The notes beneath the pieces were generated by a model. That model saw only the letters and a list, made by a program, of their open reading frames with translations. It had not been told where the DNA came from and did no database searches. From Bacteroidota bacterium (GTDB lineage: Bacteria; Bacteroidota; Bacteroidia; Bacteroidales; FEN-979), in NCBI GenBank assembly GCA_037133475.1, contig JBAXOB010000002.1, positions 132,121-196,120 of the forward strand: a stretch of DNA of 64,000 bases, written 5' to 3'. Shown here one piece after another: positions 45,746 through 54,920 of this stretch; the first letter of the stretch is position 1, and every line of letters starts with the position of its first letter. The position numbers and the translations under genes were made by a program.

Positions 45746-48700
45746 TTATCCTTTATAACCTGCCAGCTTCATTTGCATGGCGCCCTTCAGGACAATGCTC
45801 ATCCAGGCTGCAAAGGAAAAGCGTGCCTCCCGCACGCAGGGGGCCAGCAACTTCACCTCCAGGATGGTAAAATCATCGGGCCGGATGACAGCCCTGACCT
45901 GGTTTGTTTCGTAAATATAGTTCCCCCCGGTTAGGGTCAGGGTACGGACGTTTTCTTTTTCCTTATAGATCAGCACATCCCTGTCGGCCTGACTGCTCAG
46001 GAGAAACCCTGTTTGCTCCTCATTCAGCGATTTCACCGAAAGGCAGAGTCCGGGTTTATCGAGGAAGGGCCTGCCGGCCGAGGGACAAAAGGTGGTACAG
46101 TTTCCGCATTCATTGCAGAGGTCACGGATATTCATTACCTGGTATGGCTGGTCAACATGGAATTCAATGTCCTCAACGATGCTTACGGTGCCCTTTTCAT
46201 CCGCCACTGCCTTTTGAAGGGAATAGCATACCGGTTCGACGGAGTAGCTGAAATTGGCCAGGTTAGGGCAAACCGAAACACAAACGTTGCATATTTCATC
46301 GCACTGCAGGCACCTCGAAGCCTCCTGCCGCGCCCCGGCGGCACCCAGCGGGGCAACCACCACATCGAAATTACGACTTTCGCCGGGTGTGATCTCCCCG
46401 GGATGGCACCCATATTCCCGAATCGATTTGCGGTGCAGCAACCCGGGAATATCTTTAACCCGTCCCGGCATACCCTCACGGGTTGCCTGGGGTGGCCTTT
46501 GTTGCAGAATCCCTGCGATCATCTCCAGGGCGGCTTTCCGCCCGTCGGCGATGGCATTGATGGCGGTTGACGCTCCCCTGAGGGCATCGCCACCGATATA
46601 TAACCCGTCCACACGGGTCTTGTAATGCCCGGGTTCAGTCTTTAGATTCTCAGGGGTGACAAAATCGATGGCCAGTTTCTGCCCAATGGCAGGGATGACC
46701 GTATCGCAAGGGATTTCGAATTCAGAACCGGGAATGGCAACGGCTCCCCGACGGCCGGACTTATCGTTCATGGCAAGAACATTGTGCAGGCAGACAATTG
46801 CCGTGACTTTTCCGTTTTCTCCTTTAACCCTGACCGGGGTCGTAAGCTCCATGACCGTGATGCCTTCACGCAGCACCGCCTCGATTTCTCCGCGGTCGGC
46901 GGGCATCTCGCGTAACGTGCGCCGGTAAACGATGGTGACACTGCCCAGCTCGCCGACCAGCCTGAAGGCTGTTCGTGCGGCATCCATGGCGGTGTTCCCG
47001 CCACCGATGATAACAACATGGTTGCCGGGTTTATGGCGATGGTCCTTTTTCACCTGGAACAGGAATTCGAGGGGATCGATGACCCCTGCTAATCCGGATC
47101 CTTCAATATCAATTTTCACCGATTCCTGTGCGCCGGCAGCAAGGAATACCGATGTGTAATTTTTCAGGATCTCCCCGAATTTTTCCTTGTCAATTTGATT
47201 ACGGTCATGCAGTTGAATGCCCGAATCAAGAATCCTGCCGATGTCGGTTTTGGTAGCCTCCGCGGTTAGCCTGAAAGAGGGAATGGCGGCAGAGATCATT
47301 CCCCCGGCAAGGTTTTTCTGTTCGAATATATCCACCTCAAAGCCTCCCTGGTGTAGAAACCATGCACAGGACAACCCGGCAGGGCCGGCGCCGATCACCG
47401 CCATTTTACCGGCCTGTTTTCCGGCAGGGAGGGGCTGACCGGGTACGGCAGATTCGGCCACGAACCTTTTGACCTCCCTGATTGCCACTGCCTCATCGTA
47501 GTTGATGCGGGTACATTTCAGCTGGCAGAGATGGTCGCAAACCATGCCGGTCACCGAAGGGAAGGGATTGGTGCGTAAAATGGTTTCAAGTGCGGCCGGG
47601 ATATCACCCTGTGCCGTATGATACAGGTACTCCGGGATCTCCTGGCTGGCAGGGCAGGTGTCGGTACAGGGGGCATGAATACAATCAAACCAGCCCAGGG
47701 GCAGGGTGGTTTTTATATCAGGGTCGAGGAGAAGCTGTTTTTGATAACGGGGATTGCCGGAAACCTGGTCGGCATACCGGTTCAGGTTTGCCAATGTCGC
47801 CATTGACAGGGAATTTCCCGGCATGTCCGAAAATCCCGCAACATGCCTGATAAAGCTTTCGGTGTTGCCGGCCTGTGCGGCCGAAAAGCCCTTCCGCAGG
47901 TTATCGATATACTGATGCAACCGGCCATAACCGCCAGGTTTCAGCAGGTCGCTGCAAACGGTTACCGGTTTCAGGCCGCAGGCAATCACGTCGGCAATAT
48001 TGAAACAATCGGCTCCTCCCGAAAAGGAGATGTCGAGTGTGCCCGCCCTGTCGTTCTGGAGTTTGCGGGCGAGGTTGATGCTGATCGGGTGCAGGGCGCG
48101 GCCGCTCATGTACATCATGCTTTCCGACGGACCGAAAACAGTTTTGTGGTTGACGCTCTCGAGGGTATTGGTAAGTTTCACCCCAAACTGAAGCCCCTCG
48201 CCTGCCGCGGTGGCGGTGAGACTATCCAGGATATGCAGGGCATCGGGATAGGTAAGGTCATGTTCAAAGGCAAGGTCGGGAACTTCCGTGATAAAGCCCA
48301 ATTTCCTGTTCAGCAGTTCCCGCAACTCTTTGCTGCCAAGCAGGGTCGGGTTCAGCTTCACGGTTGTGTGCAGCTTTTCTTCCCTGATAAGGTAGCTGGC
48401 TATCTTTTCGATCTCCTCCGGCGGACAGCCGTGCATGGTGCTGAGGGTGACGTGATCCGATATCAATGCGGGGATATGGACCGAATCTATCGCAGGGTAA
48501 ACCTCCCGGATCGCGTTTTTCGCATGGATCAGCTCTCCGGAGCAGTCGCGCATCCTGCTCAGGAACCACCGGACTTTTTCACTTTTTATGCCTTCCAGGT
48601 TATACCCCACACTCATATTGAAGAGGGTTCCCGGCTCACCTTTGAATCCCAACTCTTTATGCAAAATATGGAGGATGATCCAGCCATTCAGGTATTCGCT

Positions 48701-49060
48701 GAATGACTCCCTGATGGTGAGTTCCTGCGACCATTCGCAGTTATATCCCTCATCCTGCATGTCGATACAGGGTTTGGAAACGTCGAGTTCGTCAAGAACC
48801 TGGATGGTCTTCAGTTCTATATACCGCGCCCCGCAAAGCCAGGCAGCCACAATGTTGAGGGCCATCTGTGAATGGGGACCTGCAGCAACCCCGATGGGAG
48901 CAGCCAGCAATCGCCCGTAACGTGCCGACCTGAAAGGATCCTGAAGATCAGGATGAAAGAAGAGACTTCCCGGGATTCCCATAAACCGGTCATGCCTGAT
49001 TTCGTCAAGGGTGAATCGTAAAAGAGCGGGTAATGGAACAGGGAACAGTTTACCTGACAC
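45746..49060 (-). CDS. ygfK: YgfK-type Fe-S/flavin oxidoreductase (DHOD/DPD-like TIM barrel + GltD-like FAD/NAD(P) domains + 4Fe-4S ferredoxin)
   Basis: 1104 aa. The N-terminus 'LFPVPLPALLRFTLDEIRHDRFMGIPGSLFF' parallels E. coli YgfK. 'MAVIGAGPAGLSCAWFL', 'VVIIGGGNTAMDAART', 'CLQCDEICNVCVSVCPN', 'CNECGNCTTFCP'. GTG start. Confidence 0.88.
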   Translation of the reverse strand: MSGKLFPVPLPALLRFTLDEIRHDRFMGIPGSLFFHPDLQDPFRSARYGRLLAAPIGVAAGPHSQMALNIVAAWLCGARYIELKTIQVLDELDVSKPCIDMQDEGYNCEWSQELTIRESFSEYLNGWIILHILHKELGFKGEPGTLFNMSVGYNLEGIKSEKVRWFLSRMRDCSGELIHAKNAIREVYPAIDSVHIPALISDHVTLSTMHGCPPEEIEKIASYLIREEKLHTTVKLNPTLLGSKELRELLNRKLGFITEVPDLAFEHDLTYPDALHILDSLTATAAGEGLQFGVKLTNTLESVNHKTVFGPSESMMYMSGRALHPISINLARKLQNDRAGTLDISFSGGADCFNIADVIACGLKPVTVCSDLLKPGGYGRLHQYIDNLRKGFSAAQAGNTESFIRHVAGFSDMPGNSLSMATLANLNRYADQVSGNPRYQKQLLLDPDIKTTLPLGWFDCIHAPCTDTCPASQEIPEYLYHTAQGDIPAALETILRTNPFPSVTGMVCDHLCQLKCTRINYDEAVAIREVKRFVAESAVPGQPLPAGKQAGKMAVIGAGPAGLSCAWFLHQGGFEVDIFEQKNLAGGMISAAIPSFRLTAEATKTDIGRILDSGIQLHDRNQIDKEKFGEILKNYTSVFLAAGAQESVKIDIEGSGLAGVIDPLEFLFQVKKDHRHKPGNHVVIIGGGNTAMDAARTAFRLVGELGSVTIVYRRTLREMPADRGEIEAVLREGITVMELTTPVRVKGENGKVTAIVCLHNVLAMNDKSGRRGAVAIPGSEFEIPCDTVIPAIGQKLAIDFVTPENLKTEPGHYKTRVDGLYIGGDALRGASTAINAIADGRKAALEMIAGILQQRPPQATREGMPGRVKDIPGLLHRKSIREYGCHPGEITPGESRNFDVVVAPLGAAGARQEASRCLQCDEICNVCVSVCPNLANFSYSVEPVCYSLQKAVADEKGTVSIVEDIEFHVDQPYQVMNIRDLCNECGNCTTFCPSAGRPFLDKPGLCLSVKSLNEEQTGFLLSSQADRDVLIYKEKENVRTLTLTGGNYIYETNQVRAVIRPDDFTILEVKLLAPCVREARFSFAAWMSIVLKGAMQMKLAGYKG

Positions 49061-49091
49061 AGGCTATCGGATTTTAGTGAATTGAGCGTGT

Positions 49092-49099
49092 CAAAATTA
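49092..49099 (-). promoter_or_regulatory. -7 promoter box (taattttg on minus strand) for the ygfK operon
   Basis: TAnnTTTG match 31 nt upstream of the ygfK GTG (49060). Confidence 0.4.
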
Positions 49100-49243
49100 T
49101 AGATAAACCCTGAGAGTTGACGGGATTTGGGTGAAAAAAGGGCCGATTCACCCGGGAAATGTATTTTGCGTTGTTTTCCCTGTTAATTTTGTCAACTTGC
49201 GCAACCCCGTCAGAGTATCCTTGAAGATAAACAGGAACCCAAT

Positions 49244-49717
49244 ATGGAAATGACAGAATCGATGATGAATGAGGCTTTCGATGCAGCATTTCATTCAGTC
49301 AGGAATAATATTGGCGGCCCCTTCGGCGCCGTAGTCATGCTGGATGGCAAAATCATCGGCAAAGGAGGCAACAGGGTAAGTTCACAAAACGACCCTACCG
49401 CCCATGCCGAAATCGTTGCCATCCGCGATGCATGCACGAAAATAAACAGCTTCGACCTTTCCGGCGCCGTGATCTATTCAACCTGCGAACCCTGTCCGAT
49501 GTGCCTTTCAGCCATATACTGGGCCAATATCCGGTCGGTGTTTTATGTATCAACCCGCTACCAGGCTGAAGCCATCGGGTTTAAGGATAACCATATTTAT
49601 GAAGAGCTGAACCTCCCGCCTGCTGAACGCAGGATCGACTTTATCCAGGTAAGCCATCCCAAAGGAGCCGAGCTCTTCAGCGAATGGACCGAAAAAAACG
49701 ACAGGATTCCCTACTGA
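49244..49717 (+). CDS. guaD: guanine deaminase, cytidine-deaminase fold (B. subtilis GuaD type)
   Basis: 157 aa. 'GGPFGAVV', 'NDPTAHAEIVAIRDAC', 'YSTCEPCPMCLSAIYWA' closely track remembered B. subtilis GuaD. Confidence 0.85.
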   Translation: MEMTESMMNEAFDAAFHSVRNNIGGPFGAVVMLDGKIIGKGGNRVSSQNDPTAHAEIVAIRDACTKINSFDLSGAVIYSTCEPCPMCLSAIYWANIRSVFYVSTRYQAEAIGFKDNHIYEELNLPPAERRIDFIQVSHPKGAELFSEWTEKNDRIPY

Positions 49718-51660
49718 GGACAATATTGCTGGCGAAATGGTTCCGCCTCCTTTACCCCCATGCTGACGGCCCTCTGCAGGTCATCACAGTAATTTCCCGC
49801 CAATCCTGCCTGTATCCCCGACAAACCCCGGTAATAAAAGGCCATCCCGGCAGCCGGGTCCCTGTCGATACAGGCTGAAAAGGATTTCATCGCATCCAGG
49901 AACCTGCCGGCAAAATAATTTGAAAGCCCCAGCGAATAATAACATTTCAGGCAGGAGGCATCGAGGCTGATCGCCTCCTGGAAATCGGAAATGGCCTGTG
50001 GATAATTCTTCAGTTCCTTGTTCAGGATCCCCCTGTTAAAATAGGCCTCCTCATTCCTGGTTACTCCCAGAACCCAGTTAAGGTCGGAAAGGGCACCCCG
50101 GTAATCTTTGATCATGGCCTTTGCAATGGCGCGGTTGATATAGACCTTTACATACCGGGGAGAATACCTGATAGCCGTATCGAAATCGGCAATCGCCTGC
50201 TGGTAATTGCCGTTCTTCCCTTCAATGCTGCCCCGCTGGAACCAGGCATTCGGGTTGAACTTATTGACACGGATGGACTGGTTGCTTAGCTCCAGCGCCT
50301 CTTCCGGTTTGCCGTCCTTCTCCTTGAATACCGCCAGGTTATTGATGGCAGGATAAAAATAGGGATATTTTTCCATCACATCCGTCCAGAAGGAGTAGCT
50401 GTCCTTCCATACACTGCACCGCTGGTTTGCCGTTACGGAAAGGAGGCCGGCATAAAGTATAAAAATGCCGAAAACCAGCGTTTTTGAAAGGTTGAACCGC
50501 TTCATCAGCAGCCCCATCCCCCAGGCAAATAGAAAAAACAAGCCAAAGGAGGAAAGGTAGGTGTACCGGTCGGCCATGACGGCGCTTCCTACAGGGAAAA
50601 GCTGGATGACAAACATGATGTTGATGATGAAAAAACAGCACCCGAACAGGATGGCTCTCCCTGAACGGGCAAACCAGTAATAAACCAGGAGAAAACCTGT
50701 GACCAATACCGGTATAAAACACAAAAAATAGTACCAGGGGATATGACCCGCCGCGTAATCGGGATAGGGGTAATAGCCGCACAACTTATAGGGGATTGCC
50801 AGCTTTATAAGGTACTGCGTAAATCCAAAGGAGGAAAAAACAAGCCGTTCAAGAAAGTTGCATTGAACAATGTCGGTCGCACCCTGCGCATGCTGGACCA
50901 CCACCGCGATGATCCCGAAAAACAACGACAACAAAAGGAACGGTACCTTCTCAAGGATCACCTTTTTGTCCCGTAAATCTCTTTTCAACAGGTAATCAAG
51001 GGCGATCAGGGCAAGAGGAAGCGTAACGGCCATCCCCTTCGATAGCAGCGAGAGGACAAAAAACAGCAGGGCCGGCAGATAGCCGGAAATCTTTTTTTTA
51101 TCCACATACCTGAGATAGGAAATCAGCGACAGGAGGTAGAAACAGGTGTACAGGAGGTCCTTCCTGCCCGAAACCCAGGCCACCGACTCAACATGAAGGG
51201 GATGGATCCCGAAGAGCAGCGCCGTGACGGCACTTAAGACCAGCCGGTGATCACTGCCAATCCGGGTGAATAAGAGCAGGGAAAGTTGAAAAACCAGGAG
51301 GGTGTTGAGCAGGTGAAGCAGGATATTGGTAAGGTGGTAGGGAGCCGGATTAAGTGCCGAAAACGAATAATTTACAACATACGACAACAGCGTCACAGGG
51401 TGGTAGTTCCCCAGATGGTTGGCATCGCCTGACAATATCGTGCGGATGTTAAGGGCGCTGAAACCGGTGATAAATTGATTTTCAACCACATATTGGGTAT
51501 CATCAAAGGTGATGAAGAGGTTTTGGATGGCGGGGAGGAAGACGATCAGGGTGATGGCCAGTACCCCGGCGAGGTAATATCTGGCACTCCCCTGTGTCGC
51601 ACCTGCCAATGGTTTCACCGCATTTAATTTCTTTTTCACCTCTTTTTTCTGGTTGTTCAT
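49711..51660 (-). CDS. multi-pass membrane (GT-C/PMT-like) protein with C-terminal TPR repeats
   Basis: About 649 aa from ATG 51660 ('MNNQKKEVKKK'). About 11 TMs, then 6-7 TPR units ('AWFQRGSIEGKNGNYQQAIADFDTAIRYSP...'). The 3' end overlaps guaD by 7 nt, convergently. Confidence 0.78.
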   Translation of the reverse strand: MNNQKKEVKKKLNAVKPLAGATQGSARYYLAGVLAITLIVFLPAIQNLFITFDDTQYVVENQFITGFSALNIRTILSGDANHLGNYHPVTLLSYVVNYSFSALNPAPYHLTNILLHLLNTLLVFQLSLLLFTRIGSDHRLVLSAVTALLFGIHPLHVESVAWVSGRKDLLYTCFYLLSLISYLRYVDKKKISGYLPALLFFVLSLLSKGMAVTLPLALIALDYLLKRDLRDKKVILEKVPFLLLSLFFGIIAVVVQHAQGATDIVQCNFLERLVFSSFGFTQYLIKLAIPYKLCGYYPYPDYAAGHIPWYYFLCFIPVLVTGFLLVYYWFARSGRAILFGCCFFIINIMFVIQLFPVGSAVMADRYTYLSSFGLFFLFAWGMGLLMKRFNLSKTLVFGIFILYAGLLSVTANQRCSVWKDSYSFWTDVMEKYPYFYPAINNLAVFKEKDGKPEEALELSNQSIRVNKFNPNAWFQRGSIEGKNGNYQQAIADFDTAIRYSPRYVKVYINRAIAKAMIKDYRGALSDLNWVLGVTRNEEAYFNRGILNKELKNYPQAISDFQEAISLDASCLKCYYSLGLSNYFAGRFLDAMKSFSACIDRDPAAGMAFYYRGLSGIQAGLAGNYCDDLQRAVSMGVKEAEPFRQQYCPQ

Positions 51661-51822
51661 CGGGCTATATTTGATTTGAGCGGGCAGCTTCATTATTTCA
51701 CGAAAATACAAAGATCTGGCAACTTCAATTGATTTTTTCGCGTTTAACATGAACCATACCAGTAGATTTTGGCTGATAAAGAACATGTTTCACTTTCGGG
51801 CAACATTCCGTATATTTGCAGT

Positions 51823-52170
51823 ATGGTTGAAAAGCAGAAACACAGAACTGTCATATTTTACAAAGACTACTTTGAAAAGTTCTTTGTAAGACAAAGAGCC
51901 AAAGTGCAGCATAAGATTATCTGGACTTTTGATTTGATTGAAGAGTTCCAAAGGGTTCCTGAAATATATTCAAGAAAATTGAAGATACAGATGGTCTTTA
52001 TGAAATCCGGGTTCAGTCAGGAAGTGATATATTTTGAATTTTTTGTTTTTTGACCAGGGCCAATTAGTAGTTCTTGCGAATGGCTATCAAAAAAATCTCA
52101 AAAAACTTCTAAACAGGAAATAGAAAAAGCACATAAAATAAAGAAAGAATATGAAAACGAAAAAACATAA
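51823..52170 (+). pseudogene. RelE/ParE-superfamily (Gp49/DUF891-type) toxin gene, disrupted by several frame breaks
   Basis: Three frames together spell 'MVEKQKHRTVIFYKDYFEKFFVRQRAKVQHKIIWTFDLIEEFQRVPE / IFKKIEDTDGLYEIRVQSGSDIF* / IFCF-FDQGQLVVLANGYQK / KSQKTSKQEIEKAHKIKKEYENEKT*'. Breaks lie near 51961-51970, 52035-52051 (T runs) and 52089-52095 (A7 run). Confidence 0.75.
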
Positions 52171-52456
52171 TATCCAGACACTTAGCACATTCAAGGACAA
52201 CCATTATGGCAAACCCGGAACAAAAAAACGGGATGAACTTGAATTGGGTTATGAGAATTTTAAAATTGGTGCAATTATTCAGGAAGCCAGACTTGAAAAA
52301 GGTTTAACACAGGAAGAACTTGCAATCAAGGTAGGAACTACAAAGTCCTATATCTCGAAAATCGAAAATAATGTCAAAGAGGCACGGATTTCTACCTTGC
52401 AAAAAATTGTAGAACTGGGTTTCGGCGGACAACTTCACCTGTATATCAAACTATAA
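52151..52456 (+). CDS. XRE-family helix-turn-helix antitoxin
   Basis: 101 aa. 'IIQEARLEKGLTQEELAIKVGTTKSYISKIENN' is a classic Cro/C1 HTH. The start overlaps the toxin reading frame by 20 nt. Confidence 0.85.
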   Translation: MKTKKHNIQTLSTFKDNHYGKPGTKKRDELELGYENFKIGAIIQEARLEKGLTQEELAIKVGTTKSYISKIENNVKEARISTLQKIVELGFGGQLHLYIKL

Positions 52457-52564
52457 AGAGTTATTATAGGAGTAAAACATTACCAGAACAAACTGCTAAA
52501 TCATAACAAAATTATTGAATGGTACTGTTTGAATTGTTGCCTTTTACGTCATAAAATAAAAATA

Positions 52565-52572
52565 TATCTTTG
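52565..52572 (+). promoter_or_regulatory. -7 promoter box (tatctttg)
   Basis: TAnnTTTG match 17 nt upstream of ATG 52590. Confidence 0.45.
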
Positions 52573-52589
52573 CACCTTACTGAGCCATC

Positions 52590-53030
52590 ATGAAAAAAAC
52601 CATCCTGTTTTTCGCTTTATTTTTTGTCTGGTCTGTGTCGGTTGTGGCACAGGAACCATCCACGGAGCCTGCAATATCCCGCGAGGAGGGCACAAAACTC
52701 ATTGTTGACAACATATCCCCGAAACTCAATCTTAACAAGGTTCAGAAGGATTCGCTTATGATCATTTTCAGGCAGTTTATGGAGAATGTTCAGACTTACC
52801 ACGCACAGAGCAATCCCAAGGTCTTTGCCTTTATGATCCAGAACCGCGATGGAAATGTTAAAAAACTGCTCCGCGACTCCTTAAAATTCGACAAGTACCT
52901 TCTCGTACTGGAGGATATCAAAAACCAGCCGATACCCATTCATGATTCAAGGCAGCAAAACAACCAGGGAAGCCCTCACAGGACCAGGGGCAGCAACGGG
53001 ATGGGTTCCGGCATGGGCCGGACCTATTAA
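52590..53030 (+). CDS. hypothetical secreted protein (146 aa)
   Basis: Signal peptide 'MKKTILFFALFFVWSVSVVAQ', a helical Lys/Gln-rich body, and a Gly/Ser/Met-rich tail. Confidence 0.6.
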   Translation: MKKTILFFALFFVWSVSVVAQEPSTEPAISREEGTKLIVDNISPKLNLNKVQKDSLMIIFRQFMENVQTYHAQSNPKVFAFMIQNRDGNVKKLLRDSLKFDKYLLVLEDIKNQPIPIHDSRQQNNQGSPHRTRGSNGMGSGMGRTY

Positions 53031-54529
53031 TGACGGATCAGCAGGTTATTCCTGTAAATAATGGAGTTGTCCTTCTTTACCATGATAATGTAGTTGCCGT
53101 CGGGGAGTGTTGACGAATTCAAATCAACGGTCTCATTGCCTTTCACCTCAGCAACAGGCTGATTCAGCATCCGGTTCCCAACGAAATCAACGATCTCAAG
53201 TTCAATCCCGGTTTCAGACCATTCCCCGAACTGAACATGAAGCAGGTTACTGCCTGGGTTCGGGAATACCTTGATCGATCCGAAGGTGGTACCGACCGGC
53301 GTCGGGTTCGGCCCGTTGATGGTGAAATTGTTGTCGCTGAAGTCGGACAGGGGAGCTGACCCGGTATTGGAAACAGCCAGGACCCTGACCTTATAGTCAT
53401 TTCCTGATGGTAATGTTGCCGGAATAGCCCAGTAACAGGAGCCGGTGCTGGGGGTCGAGGCGTTGATAAGGGAATAATAGGCGCCTCCTTTCCAGAGTTC
53501 AATCCGTACATTCCAGGTGATATTATCCAGCCAGGTGATTATCCGGGTGGTTCCTTTCAGCCATGTTTCCCCCCCGTTGGGTGACGTGACGATGATGAAA
53601 CTTCCCTGCAGGATGGAAAAGTTATTGTCGCTGAAGTCGTAACTGGCCGAGGAGCTCAGGCCAATGACCTTGATCTTGTAGTCGTTCCCCGTTCCCACGG
53701 TTGCCGGGATCACCCAGTTGAAGGGGCCAGCCGTTGAATTGCAGATGACCGAGTTGAGCGCCCCGCCCTTCCACAGTTCAATCCTGACATATTCAGCAGT
53801 GGCATCAATCCAGGTGATGGGATAAGTGCCCCCAACATACCACATTTCTCCGCCATTGGGAGAGATGACCGTAAGGGGGGTGGTGCCGATTGAGAAGTTC
53901 GCGTCGCTGAAATCAAATACCGTGCTGGTCGTGCCGGCCACCGTATTGACACTCATGATCTTGATCTTGTAATCGTTCCCGGAAACGGTAGCGGCCGGTA
54001 TGGCCCAGGTAAAAGATCCGTTTGAAGGGGTTGATGGAGTGATCAGCAGGTTAAACACGCCACCCTTCCATAGTTCAATGCGAACATTATCGCAGATATT
54101 GCCTGTCCAGGTGATCAGGTGAGTCGATGCTTTCTGCCAAACCTCGCCGCCATTGGGCGAAACCACGGTGAGGGTGCCTCCGTTGATGGAAAAGTTGCCG
54201 TCGCTGAAATCATACCCTGTCGCTGAACTGGCAAGCAGGGATATCTTGACCTTATAGGTACTGGCAGGTATCAGGCTGACCGGCGGGATCCAGGTATAGG
54301 AGGTCATGGAGGCAGGTACCTGGCTGCAGATGGTCATGCAAAAGGCATTGTCCTTGTATAATTCGATTTTCAATGCACCTGCGGTATTGCTTGATATCCA
54401 CGTGATGGCATAGGGGCATCCGATGGTCCAGTTTTCGCCGCCGTTGGGGGATACCACGGTTACCAGGCTGGAACTGAAGGCCGGAATCGAAAGAAGGGCA
54501 ATCAACAGAGAAAGTATTAACTTTTTCAT
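53027..54529 (-). CDS. T9SS cargo protein with four ~100-aa tandem domains (Kre9/KNH-like 'SPNGGE.W...ITW...IELWKGG' repeats)
   Basis: Start at 'MKKLILSLLIALLSIPAFS', 18 nt below a -7 box. Four repeats each end in 'DFSD.NFSI'. C-terminal 'IKVFPNPGSNLLHVQF...' sorting domain. Confidence 0.85.
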   Translation of the reverse strand: MKKLILSLLIALLSIPAFSSSLVTVVSPNGGENWTIGCPYAITWISSNTAGALKIELYKDNAFCMTICSQVPASMTSYTWIPPVSLIPASTYKVKISLLASSATGYDFSDGNFSINGGTLTVVSPNGGEVWQKASTHLITWTGNICDNVRIELWKGGVFNLLITPSTPSNGSFTWAIPAATVSGNDYKIKIMSVNTVAGTTSTVFDFSDANFSIGTTPLTVISPNGGEMWYVGGTYPITWIDATAEYVRIELWKGGALNSVICNSTAGPFNWVIPATVGTGNDYKIKVIGLSSSASYDFSDNNFSILQGSFIIVTSPNGGETWLKGTTRIITWLDNITWNVRIELWKGGAYYSLINASTPSTGSCYWAIPATLPSGNDYKVRVLAVSNTGSAPLSDFSDNNFTINGPNPTPVGTTFGSIKVFPNPGSNLLHVQFGEWSETGIELEIVDFVGNRMLNQPVAEVKGNETVDLNSSTLPDGNYIIMVKKDNSIIYRNNLLIRH

Positions 54530-54547
54530 TTTGCAGATGGTTTTTTG

Positions 54548-54555
54548 CAAAGATA
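54548..54555 (-). promoter_or_regulatory. -7 promoter box (tatctttg on minus strand)
   Basis: TAnnTTTG match 18 nt upstream of ATG 54529. It overlaps the longer track start at 54550, which argues for the shorter start. Confidence 0.45.
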
Positions 54556-54705
54556 CTGCGCGAACAGGGCGTTGTCAAGGCAATGGCAATATTTCTGCTA
54601 CGAAAATCATGTCTTTTTCGGGGGAGGCAGGGGGTGGGATTTTGGGCAATGGGAGAAGGATGACAGGAGAATGTTGCGAGGTTGTTCGTGTTGTTAGCGT
54701 TCTTT

Positions 54706-54778
54706 TACCACAATAGTCACAGTAGGGCACAAATGTTTTCCCTGGGGGATTATTCCCTATTGTGTTCTATTGTGGTGA
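54706..54778. repeat. imperfect palindromic CACAA-rich intergenic element (copy C)
   Basis: taccacaatagtcacagtagggcacaaatg ... ctattgtgttctattgtggtg. Termini and internal CACAA/TTGTG iterations match copies A and B. Confidence 0.6.
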
Positions 54779-54895
54779 AAAATAATCAATTAACCCTCTC
54801 CCCCAGCTAAAATACTTCTACTTTACCGCACCCCACCACCGGATATCCCACAAAATGAACTGATGAAATTCGCATCACCCGGGCCAAATATTTAT

Positions 54896-54903
54896 TAACT
54901 TTG
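54896..54903 (+). promoter_or_regulatory. -7 promoter box (taactttg)
   Basis: TAnnTTTG match 17 nt upstream of ATG 54921. Confidence 0.45.
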
Positions 54904-54920
54904 ATAAAAATATTTTCGTT

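Noticed and set aside
28371-49717. In-frame UGA (selenocysteine) recoding in the selenium-associated cluster.
   Set aside because: All cluster ORFs are continuous from plausible starts to stops with full-length family architecture. I saw no split ORF pair joined by a TGA and no SECIS-like hairpin. The selenium link in this family is a labile cofactor, not Sec.
51811-51818. TAnnTTTG box (tatatttg) in front of the toxin pseudogene.
   Set aside because: It lies only 4 nt from the ATG, too close for the usual -7 geometry unless the transcript is leaderless. It is not reported as a feature.
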